A DNA stretch of 63,814 nucleotides, the filler included, from Octopus bimaculoides (Eukaryota), in assembly GCF_001194135.2 (NCBI RefSeq). It is 5 parts of 4 records of this genome, joined end to end, with 100 filler letters (N's around TTAATTAATTAA, not from the genome) between each part and the next. Parts side by side here need not be neighbours in the genome. Positions count along the whole stretch, not along the records: positions 26,160 to 36,261 come from NC_068987.1; positions 36,362 to 50,222 come from NC_068987.1; 3 more parts are not named here. One strand, given 5' to 3'. The translations under genes and the position numbers were made by a program. This document shows, in pieces, positions 26,831 to 40,802 of this stretch (the stretch's first letter is position 1; each line of letters begins with the position of its first letter). The notes under the pieces are model-generated. The model saw only the letters and a list, made by a program, of their open reading frames with translations, ran no database searches and was not told the origin of the DNA.

Positions 26831-28239
26831 CAAGTAAAAAGAATAAAAAAATATATATTAAATATATATTCTGCGGACATAAGTATTCACGGTAGTTTAC
26901 CCGTGTGATATCGTTTTCATCTAGGAAGCTGTAAGTTCAATTTAGCTCTGCCTATACCTAAAATCAATAGAAAATTTTAATTTAGTCAGGAAACTAGAAA
27001 AAAGAGTTCAAAACATCAACGTTTTGCTGCTGTTCCTTTACTTAGAAAAATTCCGAAAACAACTCTAATAATCGGAGTTAATATTTATAACATATTTTTA
27101 TATAAATAGACCGAAAAGTAAATCTCTCCGAAAAATAAATATACTTTTGTCGAGTGAAGAATCTTAGAAGTATTTGGTAAACATAAAGGAAATTCGTTTT
27201 TAGAGCAATTATCTAACGGAATTTAATGATTGCTAAATCGACAGGACACTAGAACATGAAATCATGTCCTATATTTTAATGTAAATACCTATATATTAAC
27301 GATGTCTTATCTGGACATCAACACATGTTTATATCATTCACAGTAGTAAAGTAGCTGGTGTGAGGTCGGCATGAACAGGCAAGGCGCCTTACATCAAAGT
27401 TACTAATTACACGTAAAGTCAGTGATGGGTAGAAGTTAATTCTGAAAATTGGAGCCGTAAAAAATAATACTTGATTCGGTTGCAACTGGTACTTAATTCA
27501 TCGATAAACAAGGACAGGATTAAGTCGATTACATCGACCCCAGTGCGTAACTGATACTTAATTTATCGACCCCGAAAGGATGAAAGGCAAAGTCGACCTC
27601 GGCGGAATTTGAACTCAGAACGTAACGGCAGACGAAATACCTATTTCGTTATTGCCCACAAGGGGCTAAACATTAGAGGGAACAAACAAGAACAGACGAA
27701 CGGATTAAGTCAATTACATCGNNNNNNNNNNNNNNNNNNNNNNNNNNNNNNNNNNNNNNNNNNNNNNNNNNNNNNNNNNNNNNNNNNNNNNNNNNNNNNN
27801 NNNNNNNNNNNNNNNNNNNNNNNNNNNNNNNNNNNNNNNNNNNNNNNNNNNNNNNNNNNNNNNNNNNNNNNNNNNNNNNNNNNNNNNNNNNNNNNNNNNN
27901 NNNNNNNNNNNNNNNNNNNNNNNNNNNNNNNNNNNNNNNNNNNNNNNNNNNNNNNNNNNNNNNNNNNNNNNNNNNNNNNNNNNNNNNNNNNNNNNNNNNN
28001 NNNNNNNNNNNNNNNNNNNNNNNNNNNNNNNNNNNNNNNNNNNNNNNNNNNNNNNNNNNNNNNNNNNNNNNNNNNNNNNNNNNNNNNNNNNNNNNNNNNN
28101 NNNNNNNNNNNNNNNNNNNNNNNNNNNNNNNNNNNNNNNNNNNNNNNNNNNNNNNNNNNNNNNNNNNNNNNNNNNNNNNNNNNNNNNNNNNNNNNNNNNN
28201 NNNNNNNNNNNNNNNNNNNNNNNNNNNNNNNNNNNNNNN

Positions 28240-28292
<53 letters not shown>

Positions 28293-29243
28293 TAGAGAAA
28301 GAAAAGAAGTGAAATGAAGTTGCATCATGTGTTAGTTAAGGTGACAATAGAGAGAGATAGGAGAAAAATGAAGCAAATTGAAATGCCATCAAATTGGTGC
28401 AGACCTGATGATCTTACGTGCGAACACATACATGCAAACATATATACATATATGCATTCACTGAGAACAGTAATAGCTGGTTGTGGTGATGTGGATAGTG
28501 TGTTAGTTCACTCAGTTGGTAGTATGTTCGTTAATTGAGAGGAAACAAATTATTTTTGTAAACCAAAATTTCAAAAAATATGTCATTAACAGCGCGTGTG
28601 CATCAATGGAAATGTTTGACGTAGCTGCGTCAAAAACTGCCATGACTACAAACAGCAAACAAACACCGTCAAAAACAAAAAAAAAGACATCATTACCATT
28701 GCCACAAACACCATTTACTATCATCATCTCTTATTTTCTCTTCTTTTTTTTTCTGGCTTTCATTTTCTCAGCTTTCGAGTTACTTCCCCTTAGCATGACA
28801 CAAACTCTAGTTATCTGCAACATTTGCTATACACTGAGAACAGACTCATGCGAGTTATTTTATTATTACGTGTCCGGAGAAGAGATACACAGAGTTATGT
28901 TTACAGCTGAGGTATTTTTATCAAATGTGTCTTCGTTTTAGCCTCAAATATATTTTATTGTAACAGGGCTCTAAAGATGAATTCGTTTCATGTTTGTTGA
29001 GGATTGGCTGAGATCCTTTATGCTAAAACAATTTTGCATGATATTTGTGAATTATACATTTGCAGCGGTAATTTACATAAAGTGGGAGAGAGTGGGAGAG
29101 TGGGAGAGAGGTATTGATTATATATNNNNNNNNNNNNNNNNNNNNNNNNNNNNNNNNNNNNNNNNNNNNNNNNNNNNNNNNNNNNNNNNNNNNNNNNNNN
29201 NNNNNNNNNNNNNNNNNNNNNNNNNNNNNNNNNNNNNNNNNNN

Positions 29244-29300
<57 letters not shown>

Positions 29301-31038
29301 AATAAATATATATAAACTCTCGACTTCCAATAGAAATCACATGAATGTAGTTAGAGGGACTTGTATAAGTTATTTTTTTCCTTCGATGCCCTGGGAAACA
29401 TTTTGTACAAGTGAAATTGCTTAAGGAATAATTTTGTTTTAGGTCTCTATATGAAATGATTTGAAAGGCTCCTTTCTTCTTTCTTAATTTAATTCTAATT
29501 GTGATCTTAACAAATAGTTTGTTTTGTGTATTTGACAACAATGTAATACAGTTGTTTTTTTAATGAAGTTTAAATAGTTCTGTAGAAAATAATGGAGTCT
29601 CTATCCTGCAGATAATTGTCATCTTATTTTTATACGTACCGTTGTGAGCACTTCTTGTATTAGGAGACACATATGTAACATTTGTAGAAATACACGTTAA
29701 CAACACACTAAATTGCAGTTGTTAGTTTAAATTAATATTTGGTATTGTTAAAATTTATACAAATTTCTACAATGTCATTTTGAAACTAAAACCGTCAGCA
29801 AATCAACTAACCACGAGGCCTTCGTAATTAAATATTAGTGCATCATTCTCGTGATTCATAGCTCAGATAGAGAAATCTGTAAATAAGTTAACGTAGTCCA
29901 CAGCCAATGAAAAAGCTGCTCGTGCTCTTTAAAATAAATCTAACTACATTTACTCAATTGCCTGTTTAGAATGATAGGAATAAAAGGGTTAGGATAAAAT
30001 GTGTTACAGAAATGATAAAGGGTTTTGTTAAATAAAGAATGACGAGAAAGGGAGAATAGAAAACTTGCACAGAAGACGAGTGATAGACATGATTTGTATA
30101 GAAGGAGGAAATTCAGAGATTGAGACAGTGCACTACAACATATGAGTAATTGAGAGTGTATGTGTATGCGTGTGTATAGAAAGCAGAATATTGCTGCAAA
30201 TTATACGTTATAAAATGTCTGCTGTTTGCTGAACAAAATGGCGAAGACGGAGAGAAAAATAATGGAAAAGATAGGTGTGTAGAGCTGCAAAATGACTCAG
30301 TTAGAAGCGTAACTTTGCCTTTGAAACTATTTGTCACGACAATGTCCTACTGAAAATATAATCCTTTGCGACAGTTAGCGATAATTTGCTTACAAATTCT
30401 TGTTGGATGGGAAAATGAGGTTAAATAACACCAGCCTAATTAAATAAGCGAGATGACTCGTCAATTGATTTGCGAAGATACACTAAGCATGCGCTGTTGA
30501 ATATGAAATATCGGTGTAATATCAAAGTTTATCTAGAAACACATGTCTCGTGCAACATTGAAGCGCAGGAAATTAATAGCACTTCCAAAGTTGGTGGTAA
30601 AATAACGCGAATATTTTATTGACAAGGAAAATAAAAATTAAATATCAAATTTAATTTGAATGTGAATAATATGTTTACTTAAATTATCCCATGTTGGCTG
30701 AATTCTTGTTAATATGAAGGCAATACCTCTCAGTGGAGTAGTTGAAATTAGAATATTAATCAGTTTTAATATATTTTCTTTTAGTAAAAGTTGTTATTGT
30801 AGATTAAGGGATTCCACTTCGTTAGATTGATATTCTTCCAGCCTTTTCTCCTCTATTTCATGTTATTTTTGTTTCTATTTGAATGTATTTTTATGTTTAA
30901 TGATTGATATATTTATAAACCAGAAAATAGCATTGCTTCAAAAGAACATTATTCATTTTCGAAATCATTTTCTAAAATCTATTTAATAAAATATAGTTTC
31001 CCATGTAAGCAAATATTTACTGCTATACTTAAATAGCA

Positions 31039-31085
<47 letters not shown>

Positions 31086-31305
31086 TGTGTATCTACATAT
31101 GTATATGTATATATATATGTATATATGTTTATGTATATATATATAGATTCATATATATATTATACACACACATATGTATATANNNNNNNNNNNNNNNNNN
31201 NNNNNNNNNNNNNNNNNNNNNNNNNNNNNNNNNNNNNNNNNNNNNNNNNNNNNNNNNNNNNNNNNNNNNNNNNNNNNNNNNNNNNNNNNNNNNNNNNNNN
31301 NNNNN

Positions 31306-31391
<86 letters not shown>

Positions 31392-31960
31392 GTGTGTAAA
31401 GATACAAACAGTCAAAACAGATGAAGGTGAAATATTCTTCACGGCATAACACATATCCTTCCATATATCCACATGTTTGCTACTTGCATCCACATAGAGT
31501 TGACAGGTACGGTTTATATATATTGACAGAAAGAAGTGTCCACCGGTCATCTAATTACTATGAGACAACTTTGTCCATATCAGTATATTTCGATTGTTAT
31601 TGCAATTTTTATACCACAAGTCCTTTAACATATCATCTATATATCTACACATACTTTTGGCTATAAAGATTTGCAAATATTTAATTATGTATAGTCTTAT
31701 ACGTATGTACAATGATCATTTTAGTACGTATGCAATGAAACCACGATGCTGATGTCTCTCCTCATCTATTGCAGCCTGTATTGTATAGTACAATGTATGA
31801 TCCATTGGCATTTCGTGTGTCGAAAACTATTTATATACTCAACCACAACATCGCACTCATGTATACAACTATACATATGTATATACTTCTTGTTTACATA
31901 TATATCCCACACATACACACACAAGCACATACACATAAAACAACGCACACACACACACAA

Positions 31961-32046
<86 letters not shown>

Positions 32047-32106
32047 TTGTACGTCGTCCGTGCATCCCTCAATCTCTCTAACTGTCTATCTCTCTACCTA
32101 ACTACC

Positions 32107-32137
<31 letters not shown>

Positions 32138-32631
32138 CTTCGCTCGAGCAGGTAAACAAGGTAACTAGTCAACGCACGAAGAGACTAGCTAATTAGATAG
32201 TGGTGTTATCCATCTCTATCACTTGTAGGATTGATGGGTGTAATGCGTATAAGCTGTATAGAATATGGCGGGGCATGTCATATCGTCGGCAATCCTCGCC
32301 CACGTTTAAGATATTCTACTCTCAGTAGCAAGTTTCATCTTGTTTAGAACTGTTGTAATATTTTAGTGCAGTTTAGTACAAAGAATATAAGAAAACACAC
32401 GACTCCAATGTATACGCTTTGCATTCAGTCTGAATAAGAAGCTCCAATATAAGGTTCAGATATTTTATGGGCTTATTATCATGTAACTGTCTTGTAGTAT
32501 GCTTGTATTCTTCATTTCCCTATTTCTTCCTGCTAAAAATTTCAAGACTTCTATAAAACTATATATTCAACACTTCCGGGAATAGGGTTATTGTCAGTTT
32601 CGGAACTGAATATCTTATGTCCACGTACATG

Positions 32632-32732
<101 letters not shown>

Positions 32733-32908
32733 GCGCCATCATAACTTACCAGACACGAGCACATGAATGTGTGTATATGACCGTGTGCGTGCTTTTGTGT
32801 GTGATTGTGTTTGCCTGAAAGTCAACGATAAAGTAATGGCGATGAATTAAATGAAAATTGATAGAAAGTTATGTATATATACATGCCTGTATATGCGTAA
32901 GTGTGTGT

Positions 32909-32940
<32 letters not shown>

Positions 32941-34354
32941 CTGTCTGTGTACATATTCCTTCGTAATAACTAAGCAATTCGAGCTGGAGCCCATACTACT
33001 AATAATCCAAATAGTATTTCCAGTAATCGCTAAGGAAGACCTACTTCTTAAAAATAAACGAACTGTCCAGCCACAATTCACACAAAAGCCGGTGGAACAA
33101 GATTGTGCGTTGCTACTATTGAAGAAGTGGCGACTTTACAGGTTTCAATGTTCTACTATGATAAATACCATTTTCACAAATTCGATGGAGAAACTGGAGG
33201 CTTGGGACATTCACTATATATTAATGAACACGCAGACCGGCTGTTGTTGTTGTTGTTGCTGTGGTTGTTGTTGTTCTTAATAGTGTTGTATTCAGCCAAA
33301 TTCTTTAATCTAAAGCTGAAATCTGTCATTCTGTGAAGCCTTATCAATGCAAGATTTTTCATATCGCCAGGTCGTTGAAGTTGCATCTTGATCATTATTC
33401 TGTAGCCAGAGGCATTGAGAAAAGCTTCAGGAAACACGACGTACCTTGGGCAAGTATAGCAAGCTCGAATGTATTGTTGATCTGTGAGTTTTTAAATTTG
33501 GTTATTCTTCTATATGTCTGAATTAAAAGTATGATTTAGAATTGCATATATTCTCTTTTATTTTCTTCTCTTTCAAAATGTCTATATATAATCATGTATG
33601 TATGTGGGATTATTGTGTCTATATATATATGTGTATGTATTATATATGCGAATATGAATGTGAATGTAACATACATGCATACATACATACCTACATATAT
33701 ATGTGTATGTATATATGTGAATATATGTGCATATACTTCAGCTAGCTATGCAGCCAGCTAGAATAATAAGATTTGGAGATATAGATATACTCATATGAAT
33801 ATAAACAGCTATGTAGACATACGCACAATCACGCAGATACTCAATCACACGCGCGCACACACATACACACACACTCACACACACCCCTCAGATCATTGAA
33901 TATACGTATATGTATATTCTTGGTGGTTCTAAGTGGGTGTTGGCTGCGGCGCGCATGCGTATGAGATTGTGTGATGGTGAGTTATGTATATAACTATATT
34001 GTTAATTAGCCATCAAGTTTAGAATATAGATTATCCCCAAGTAAACATTTTATTGTAAAGTAAAGCCCGCAGAATTCTTATCCTTGCTTTGCAATGTACA
34101 ATACGGTAAAGTTGTATGGATTCAATAAGATATGAAAATGAGTTCACGTCAGATTCGCCAGCTTGAACTCCTCAGCTGCTCTTGAAAATCAGAGCTTTGT
34201 AACCTGATGTGATTGATCTGACCTAGAAATAGTATCTTTTATCCCTTATTTGTTTCAGTTGTTTCTGTCGAATGGATTAATCTCAGTACGTATCTTTTAG
34301 GTTGTCAAACAGTCGCAGGGGCCAAAACACACACACAAAGACACACACACACTT

Positions 34355-34720
34355 AGATATACATACATACATACATACATACATACATTCATACATATAT
34401 ACATATATACATACATTCATACATACATAATACATACATACATACATACACACATACATACATACATACATACATTCATACATACATACATATATACATA
34501 CATACATACATAAATTCATAGATACATACATACATAATACATACATACACACATACATACATACATACATACATACATTCATACATACATACATACATAA
34601 TANNNNNNNNNNCATACATAATACATACATACACACATACATACATACACACATACATACATACATACATTCATACATACATAATACATACATACATACA
34701 CACATACATACATACATATA

Positions 34721-34754
<34 letters not shown>

Positions 34755-34840
34755 CATACATATATACATACATACACACACACATACATACATACATACA
34801 TACATACATACATACATACATACATACATACATACATACG
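34355..34840. repeat. (TACA)n tetranucleotide array
   Basis: Direct reading; contains a 10-N gap. Confidence 0.95.
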
Positions 34841-34850
34841 TACATATATA

Positions 34851-35052
34851 CTTTATTGAAAAGCAGCAAAAGTATCGCAAAAACTGTTACTCAGTTTCAC
34901 GTTCCCGTTCGTCGGACAGTTTTGTTCAGAATGGAACAGAAAGAAGGTTATAACCTTATTTATGTTCCTTTCTAAACAAAACTGTTCGACGAGCGGAAAC
35001 GTGAAACTCTGAATAACAGTTTCTGTGATATTTTTGTTGCTTTTCAATAAAG
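34851..35052. repeat. Near-palindromic element
   Basis: Arms 34851-34938 and 34963-35052 with about 10 mismatches and a 2-nt indel; centre AAGGTTATAACCTT is itself a perfect palindrome. Confidence 0.88.
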
Positions 35053-36261
35053 CATATTACTCTACCTCTGGTATTCAAGTACTATTTTTTTCCACCTTGT
35101 CTCTCATTTATGTGGTAACTCCGGTCCATATGTATATATATATATATATATTCGCCATGATAGATCGCTGACCACTACATTTATATATTTTTTCTCCTTG
35201 TTTCTCTCCTTATTTCTTTCTGTGCTCCTTTCAGTTGAAGAGCGTAGGCTCGAAACGTCAAAAACTTTCTCTATTCCCGAGCGTTATACTAATACATCCA
35301 TTTATTGTTTACACCACCTATCTTCGTCTGTTGTTTTTTCGTAAATTCTCCCATATATATATATACACGCATACAATATACATGTATATATATCTTTCTC
35401 ATGTCTTGCCCTGCCGTCTTAAAGGTTGTGTGGCATATAACATAATATAAATTTCATGAAACTATCCTGATTGTAATGATAATATAGATTTCATGAAACT
35501 ACCCTGATCGAAATGTTACGGTTAGAATACATTTGATCATATATTTGCTCGATGAAACATGATGAAACAAAGGTCAAATGACAATTCCAAGCAGACTGCA
35601 ATGTTTCCATCTTCAAGCAATTGTACCTTTATGATATATACTCAATTATCAGAGCTTTATTATCATTATTTATTTACCTCAGAAGCGGAATGTGAATGGT
35701 TTCTTTGATTTTGAATATCTGGTTTTGATTGGTTATGTATAATTAGTGATAATTAATAGAAGCGTATCATGGTATTTTCTGGGATTGTTCCTGACTGTTG
35801 ATTGTTGGTTTATGTTCAGATATTACAATGGATATATCTACGATTTGTTAAACATTCTATATAGTAATAAGTTATTAAATACTAGTCTCCATTTATTTTC
35901 AGTCTAGTTGTGTTGTGCTCTGTCATAACACCGTTGTTCAACGTATGAAACTATACAATATTGCAGAACTAGATGAATTGAAATAAAAGCTTTCATATCA
36001 ACTATAAAATTTGTATATTTCTTTTGTCCTATAGATACCATTTCGATATATTCTATCATGCGATTTCTTATTGTAAATTCTTATTTACATTCTATAAATT
36101 AAGCTCTTCAAATTGTTGGAGATGTTATTTAGATAATGTTGTAGAATTTTTTGGTTACATATTATTCGGTTGTTCTATAGTCAAAGTCGATCCAATTTTG
36201 ATTATGTAGCATTGCTGTCTCCATCCTTTTTGTGTGTGTGTATGTATGTACGTATATATAT

Positions 36262-36361
36262 NNNNNNNNNNNNNNNNNNNNNNNNNNNNNNNNNNNNNNN
36301 NNNNNTTAATTAATTAANNNNNNNNNNNNNNNNNNNNNNNNNNNNNNNNNNNNNNNNNNNN
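36262..36361. other. Assembly spacer N44-TTAATTAATTAA-N44
   Basis: Identical design; 12-mer at 36306-36317. Confidence 0.95.
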
Positions 36362-36588
36362 TATATATATATATATATATATATGCAACAAGCTTCTTTC
36401 AGTCACATCTAACAAATCCACTCACAAAGCTTTGGTCTGGTGGCAGCTATAGTAGAGGACACTTGCCTAACGTGCCATGCACTGGGGACTGAACCTGGAA
36501 CCATATGGTTGGAGAACAAACTTCATACCACAAAGCCAAACCTGTACTTACATATATATTTTCGTATCTCTGTATCTTTGTATGCCTC

Positions 36589-36630
<42 letters not shown>

Positions 36631-37094
36631 TATGTGTTTGTTTGTAAGCAAGCAGTATCTTATGAATTGAACTTATTGATGTGTACATTCAACAAAATTA
36701 ACCAGTGTGCCAACAGTGTTTAATTTTCATACTAAATTTTACTCAAGGGTTTATTCATGAATTTTTATCGTCATCGCATTCATAAATAAATCAAATTTTA
36801 TTAGATATGTAAGGCAGTTAATATAATGTAGGAGACTGCTGATGAGACTATAATGAGACTTAAAACAGCTGTCCATAGTGATGTTGTACAAATAAAATAG
36901 AATATGACAGATGTTTGTGTCCTTATGTATCTAATAAATTTTATTAATTTATAAAAGCAGTGATGGATAAAATCTGTTGGTATAAATTCATAGTTTAATT
37001 GTAAACTGTTTGATAGTAAACAAAATGGTTGATCAGATGAAACTGTAGCTTAAGAACCTAATCTGACACTTAACAGATACCAGACTATACATAC

Positions 37095-37188
37095 TTATGT
37101 GGCTGGGTGGTAAGTAGCTACTATAGCTTGAGGCCAACCAAAGCCTTGTGAATGGATTTGATAGATGGAAACTGAAAGAAGCCCGTCG

Positions 37189-37244
<56 letters not shown>

Positions 37245-37450
37245 GTTGTGTGTCTGTGTTTGTCTCCCCACCTAACATTGCTTGACAACCGATGCTGGTG
37301 TGTTTACACCCCCGTCACTAGCGGTTCGGCAAAAGAGACCAATAGAATAAGTACTAGGCTTACAAAGAATAAGTCCTGGGGTTTATTTGCTTGACTAAAG
37401 ATGGTGCCCCAGCATGGCCACAGTCAAATGACTGACACAAATAAAAGAAT
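37095..37450 (+). mobile_element. CORE-like tRNA SINE copy
   Basis: Same family, with an internal deletion in the head. Confidence 0.75.
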
Positions 37451-37561
37451 AAAAGAAACATATACATATACATATCTGTATGCATGTATATATGTATATA
37501 TGTATATATATATATATGTATATTTGAAGTTAAGCAACAAAAATTCAATAGGTTATAGCAG

Positions 37562-37875
37562 TACGTACGTTTCGTACAAGCTCCATTTATTCATGTAGTG
37601 AGAACACCACAGAAAATACAATGAAAATGTACTCCTCAGCTGCATAATGGAATTTCATTTTAGAAAGTCATTTTGAAGATGTTTGCAAAGACTTGTCTGT
37701 GAAACAGCAGCATAGTCAAGATGTGTTTTCTTCTCTTACTCTTGTTTTTTGCAAACATCTTCAAAATGACTTTCTAAAATGAAATTCCATTATGCAGCTG
37801 AGGAGTACATTTTCATTGTATTTTCTGTGGTGTTCTCACTACATGAATAAATGGAGCTTGTACAAAACGTACGTA
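37562..37875. repeat. Long inverted repeat (MITE/fold-back)
   Basis: Arms 37562-37689 and 37748-37875, 128 nt each, one mismatch by eye; TACGTA termini. Confidence 0.9.
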
Positions 37876-38006
37876 NNNNNNNNNNATCTCTTGATTTTGT
37901 TTTTGGTTTTTATCCTACCAAATTCTGGTGCCTCAAGCATTTTAAGTACCACATTTAATCTTTTGATTAAATCTATATTATTATTATATATATGTATATG
38001 TATATA

Positions 38007-38049
<43 letters not shown>

Positions 38050-38056
38050 GAATATA

Positions 38057-38110
<54 letters not shown>

Positions 38111-38243
38111 TACATATATATATATGTATATATGTAAATGTATATATGTATTTATGTGTGTGCATGTATATATCTATGTACATATATATTATGTGTATGA
38201 ATGTACGTATGTATATATTTATATATATATGTATGTATGGGTG

Positions 38244-38292
<49 letters not shown>

Positions 38293-38379
38293 ATATATAT
38301 GTATATAATGTGTGTGTGTATATATATATACTTATATATATATATGTATGTATGTATGTATGTCACATAAAAAGCACCA

Positions 38380-38817
38380 TTCGTATGTAGCTGATGCCAT
38401 TGCCAGTGGCACATAAAATGCACGGGTTGAGCGTGGTTGATGCCAGTGCCGCCTGACTAGGGCCTGTGCTGGTGGCAGATAAAAAGAACAATTGGAGTAT
38501 GGTCAATGCCAGTACCATCTGACTGGCTCCTGTGCTATTGGCACATAAAAATCACCATTCAAACATGGTCGATGCCAGTACTGCCTAACTGGCCCCCGTC
38601 CTGGTGGCATGTAAAAAGCAGCATTCGAGTGTGGTTGATGCCAGTGCTGCCAGACTGACCCCCATGCCAATGGCACATAAAAAAACACTCTTGAAGTGGT
38701 TGCCATTAGGAAGGGAATATAGCTGTAGAAACCTTGTCAGAACAGATTGGAGGCTTGCCAGTCCTCAGTCAAACCGTCCAACCCATGCCAGCATGGAAAG
38801 CAAACGTTAAACAATGG

Positions 38818-38830
<13 letters not shown>
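38380..38830 (+). mobile_element. RTE 3'-end copy (diverged, with internal subrepeats)
   Basis: Repeated GATGCCAGT..GACTGGC modules, then CAAACCGTCCAACCCATGCCAGCATGGAAAG and (GAT)n. Confidence 0.75.
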
Positions 38831-38848
<18 letters not shown>

Positions 38849-38918
38849 ATCATCATCAACATCAGTTAACGACACGCACAAACACACACACATATGTACA
38901 TATACACATACACAGCAT

Positions 38919-38951
<33 letters not shown>

Positions 38952-39575
38952 CACAAAACAAAACCTTCTGTAAGAATGAAGTACTCTGAAATACTAGCCA
39001 TTAACAATGTTATATAAGACGGAGAAAATTATAAGTGCAATCCACTTGTTTACTGTTAGGGTCAGGTTCATTCCATTAGTCTACAGCAAAACAGTACCTT
39101 CCTCTGTTTTTTTTCAACAAGATTTATCATGGCCCAAACTACTATAAATAATTGGCATTTGCACATTATATTTCTCTTTCTCTCACCCATGAGTACTAAA
39201 CTTACAAAATGCTAATTTATGACCAAAGTCAGTTTAATTAGACAATTATTTTAACATCTACCAGTATATATTTCTTTTCCCAGTATATTAAGATACATAA
39301 CTGCACACACATACACACGTGTGTGTGTATACATATATGTATACACATGCATATATATGTGTGTGCATGTGTATATATATATATATATACATATGTATGT
39401 GTATATATATATATATATATANNNNNNNNNNNNNNNNNNNNNNNNNNNNNNNNNNNNNNNNNNNNNNNNNNNNNNNNNNNNNNNNNNNNNNNNNNNNNNN
39501 NNNNNNNNNNNNNNNNNNNNNNNNNNNNNNNNNNNNNNNNNNNNNNNNNNNNNNNNNNNNNNNNNNNNNNNATAT

Positions 39576-39638
<63 letters not shown>

Positions 39639-39819
39639 TGTATGTATGTATAAATATATATATGTGTGTATACACATACATACACTATGTATCAGAGAGA
39701 TGAATTGAGGCAGCAGATGATGAAAAGGCAGAGATAACTCAGGTTCAAAGACCTGCCTACATCTTTAGTGTTGATGCCATGGTGCAAATGCAATCAGTAC
39801 ACTTTACATTGCATTTTAC

Positions 39820-39965
39820 CTGAAGACCATTTAATAACAAAGTTCAAAACATATGTTATATGATGTCTGAAAGCTGATAGCAGAGGTACACCATCAGTTT
39901 TCTGGAACCTTTGTTTCAAAAGTCTTTCCAGATTACTGATGTTTCCAAACCCGGGATGTTCATCT
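39820..39965 (-). CDS. Candidate internal exon, unknown protein
   Basis: Acceptor aatgtttgtttaatttag|, donor TTCAG|GTAAAA. 146 nt open in only one frame (phase 2 to 1): DEHPGFGNISNLERLLKQRFQKTDGVPLLSAFRHHITYVLNFVIKWSS. No family recognised. Confidence 0.4.
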
Positions 39966-40802
39966 CTAAATTAAACAAACATTAGATTTACTTGAACAAT
40001 TACATGAAATACAGGCAATTATTCATTAGTATAAATGTTAAAAGGTTATTAATACTGTGCTCTGAATTAGTCCGGTGGTCATTGGGAATTTAAGATCGTA
40101 CTTGTAAATTTGTGCAGATTATAAGATGTTCTGCACTTTCTGTGTCTGAAAAACCAATGTTGTACCTGTAGTGGTAATTCAAGAATTAAATAAGTGAATA
40201 ATAAAGAAGTAAAATTTAAACCAGTATGTGTGTTCGTTATTGGCATAATGACCCATCCAAGGTACAATAAAATATTCTAAGTGTAATGAAAGTAAATAAA
40301 ATTCTTGTTTTGTTCTTTTAATAAGTAAATTTATCACCCATCACCTGGAACTTTAAATGCCTTTAATGGAGTCCATATTGTTGCAAGCATTTGTTTCCCA
40401 CCCACCAGTCTCAAAAGTGCTATAATGGCTCATAGGCATTGCTTTCTCCAGATCAAATGATAAAAATCTCCTGCTATTTCTACAGAAGGCACAGGCATGG
40501 GTGTATGGTAAGAAGTTTGCTTCCCAACTACTTGGTTCAGGGTTTGGTCACACTCAATGACACCTTGGGTAAGTTCTTCTACTGTAGTCCAGGGCCAACC
40601 AAATCATTGTGAGTGGATTTGGGAGATGGAAACTGAAAGAAGCCTCTCATGTGTGTATGTGTGTGTGTTTATGTGTTTGTGTATGTGTGTGTATGTGTGT
40701 GTGTTTATGTGTTTGTGTATGTGTGTGTATATGTGTGTGTTTATGTGTTTGTGTATGTGTGTGTATGTGTGTGTGTGTACACAGGCACAAACACACAAAT
40801 TG

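Noticed and set aside
32858-33280. 140-aa ORF
   Set aside because: It begins and ends in microsatellites, has no recognisable domain and no clear splice sites.
35235-35260. Hammerhead at TTGAAGAGCGTAGGCTCGAAACGTC
   Set aside because: The stem II register does not fit the core (extra TC before GAAA) and there is no convincing stem I; kept only as a pLTR-like motif.
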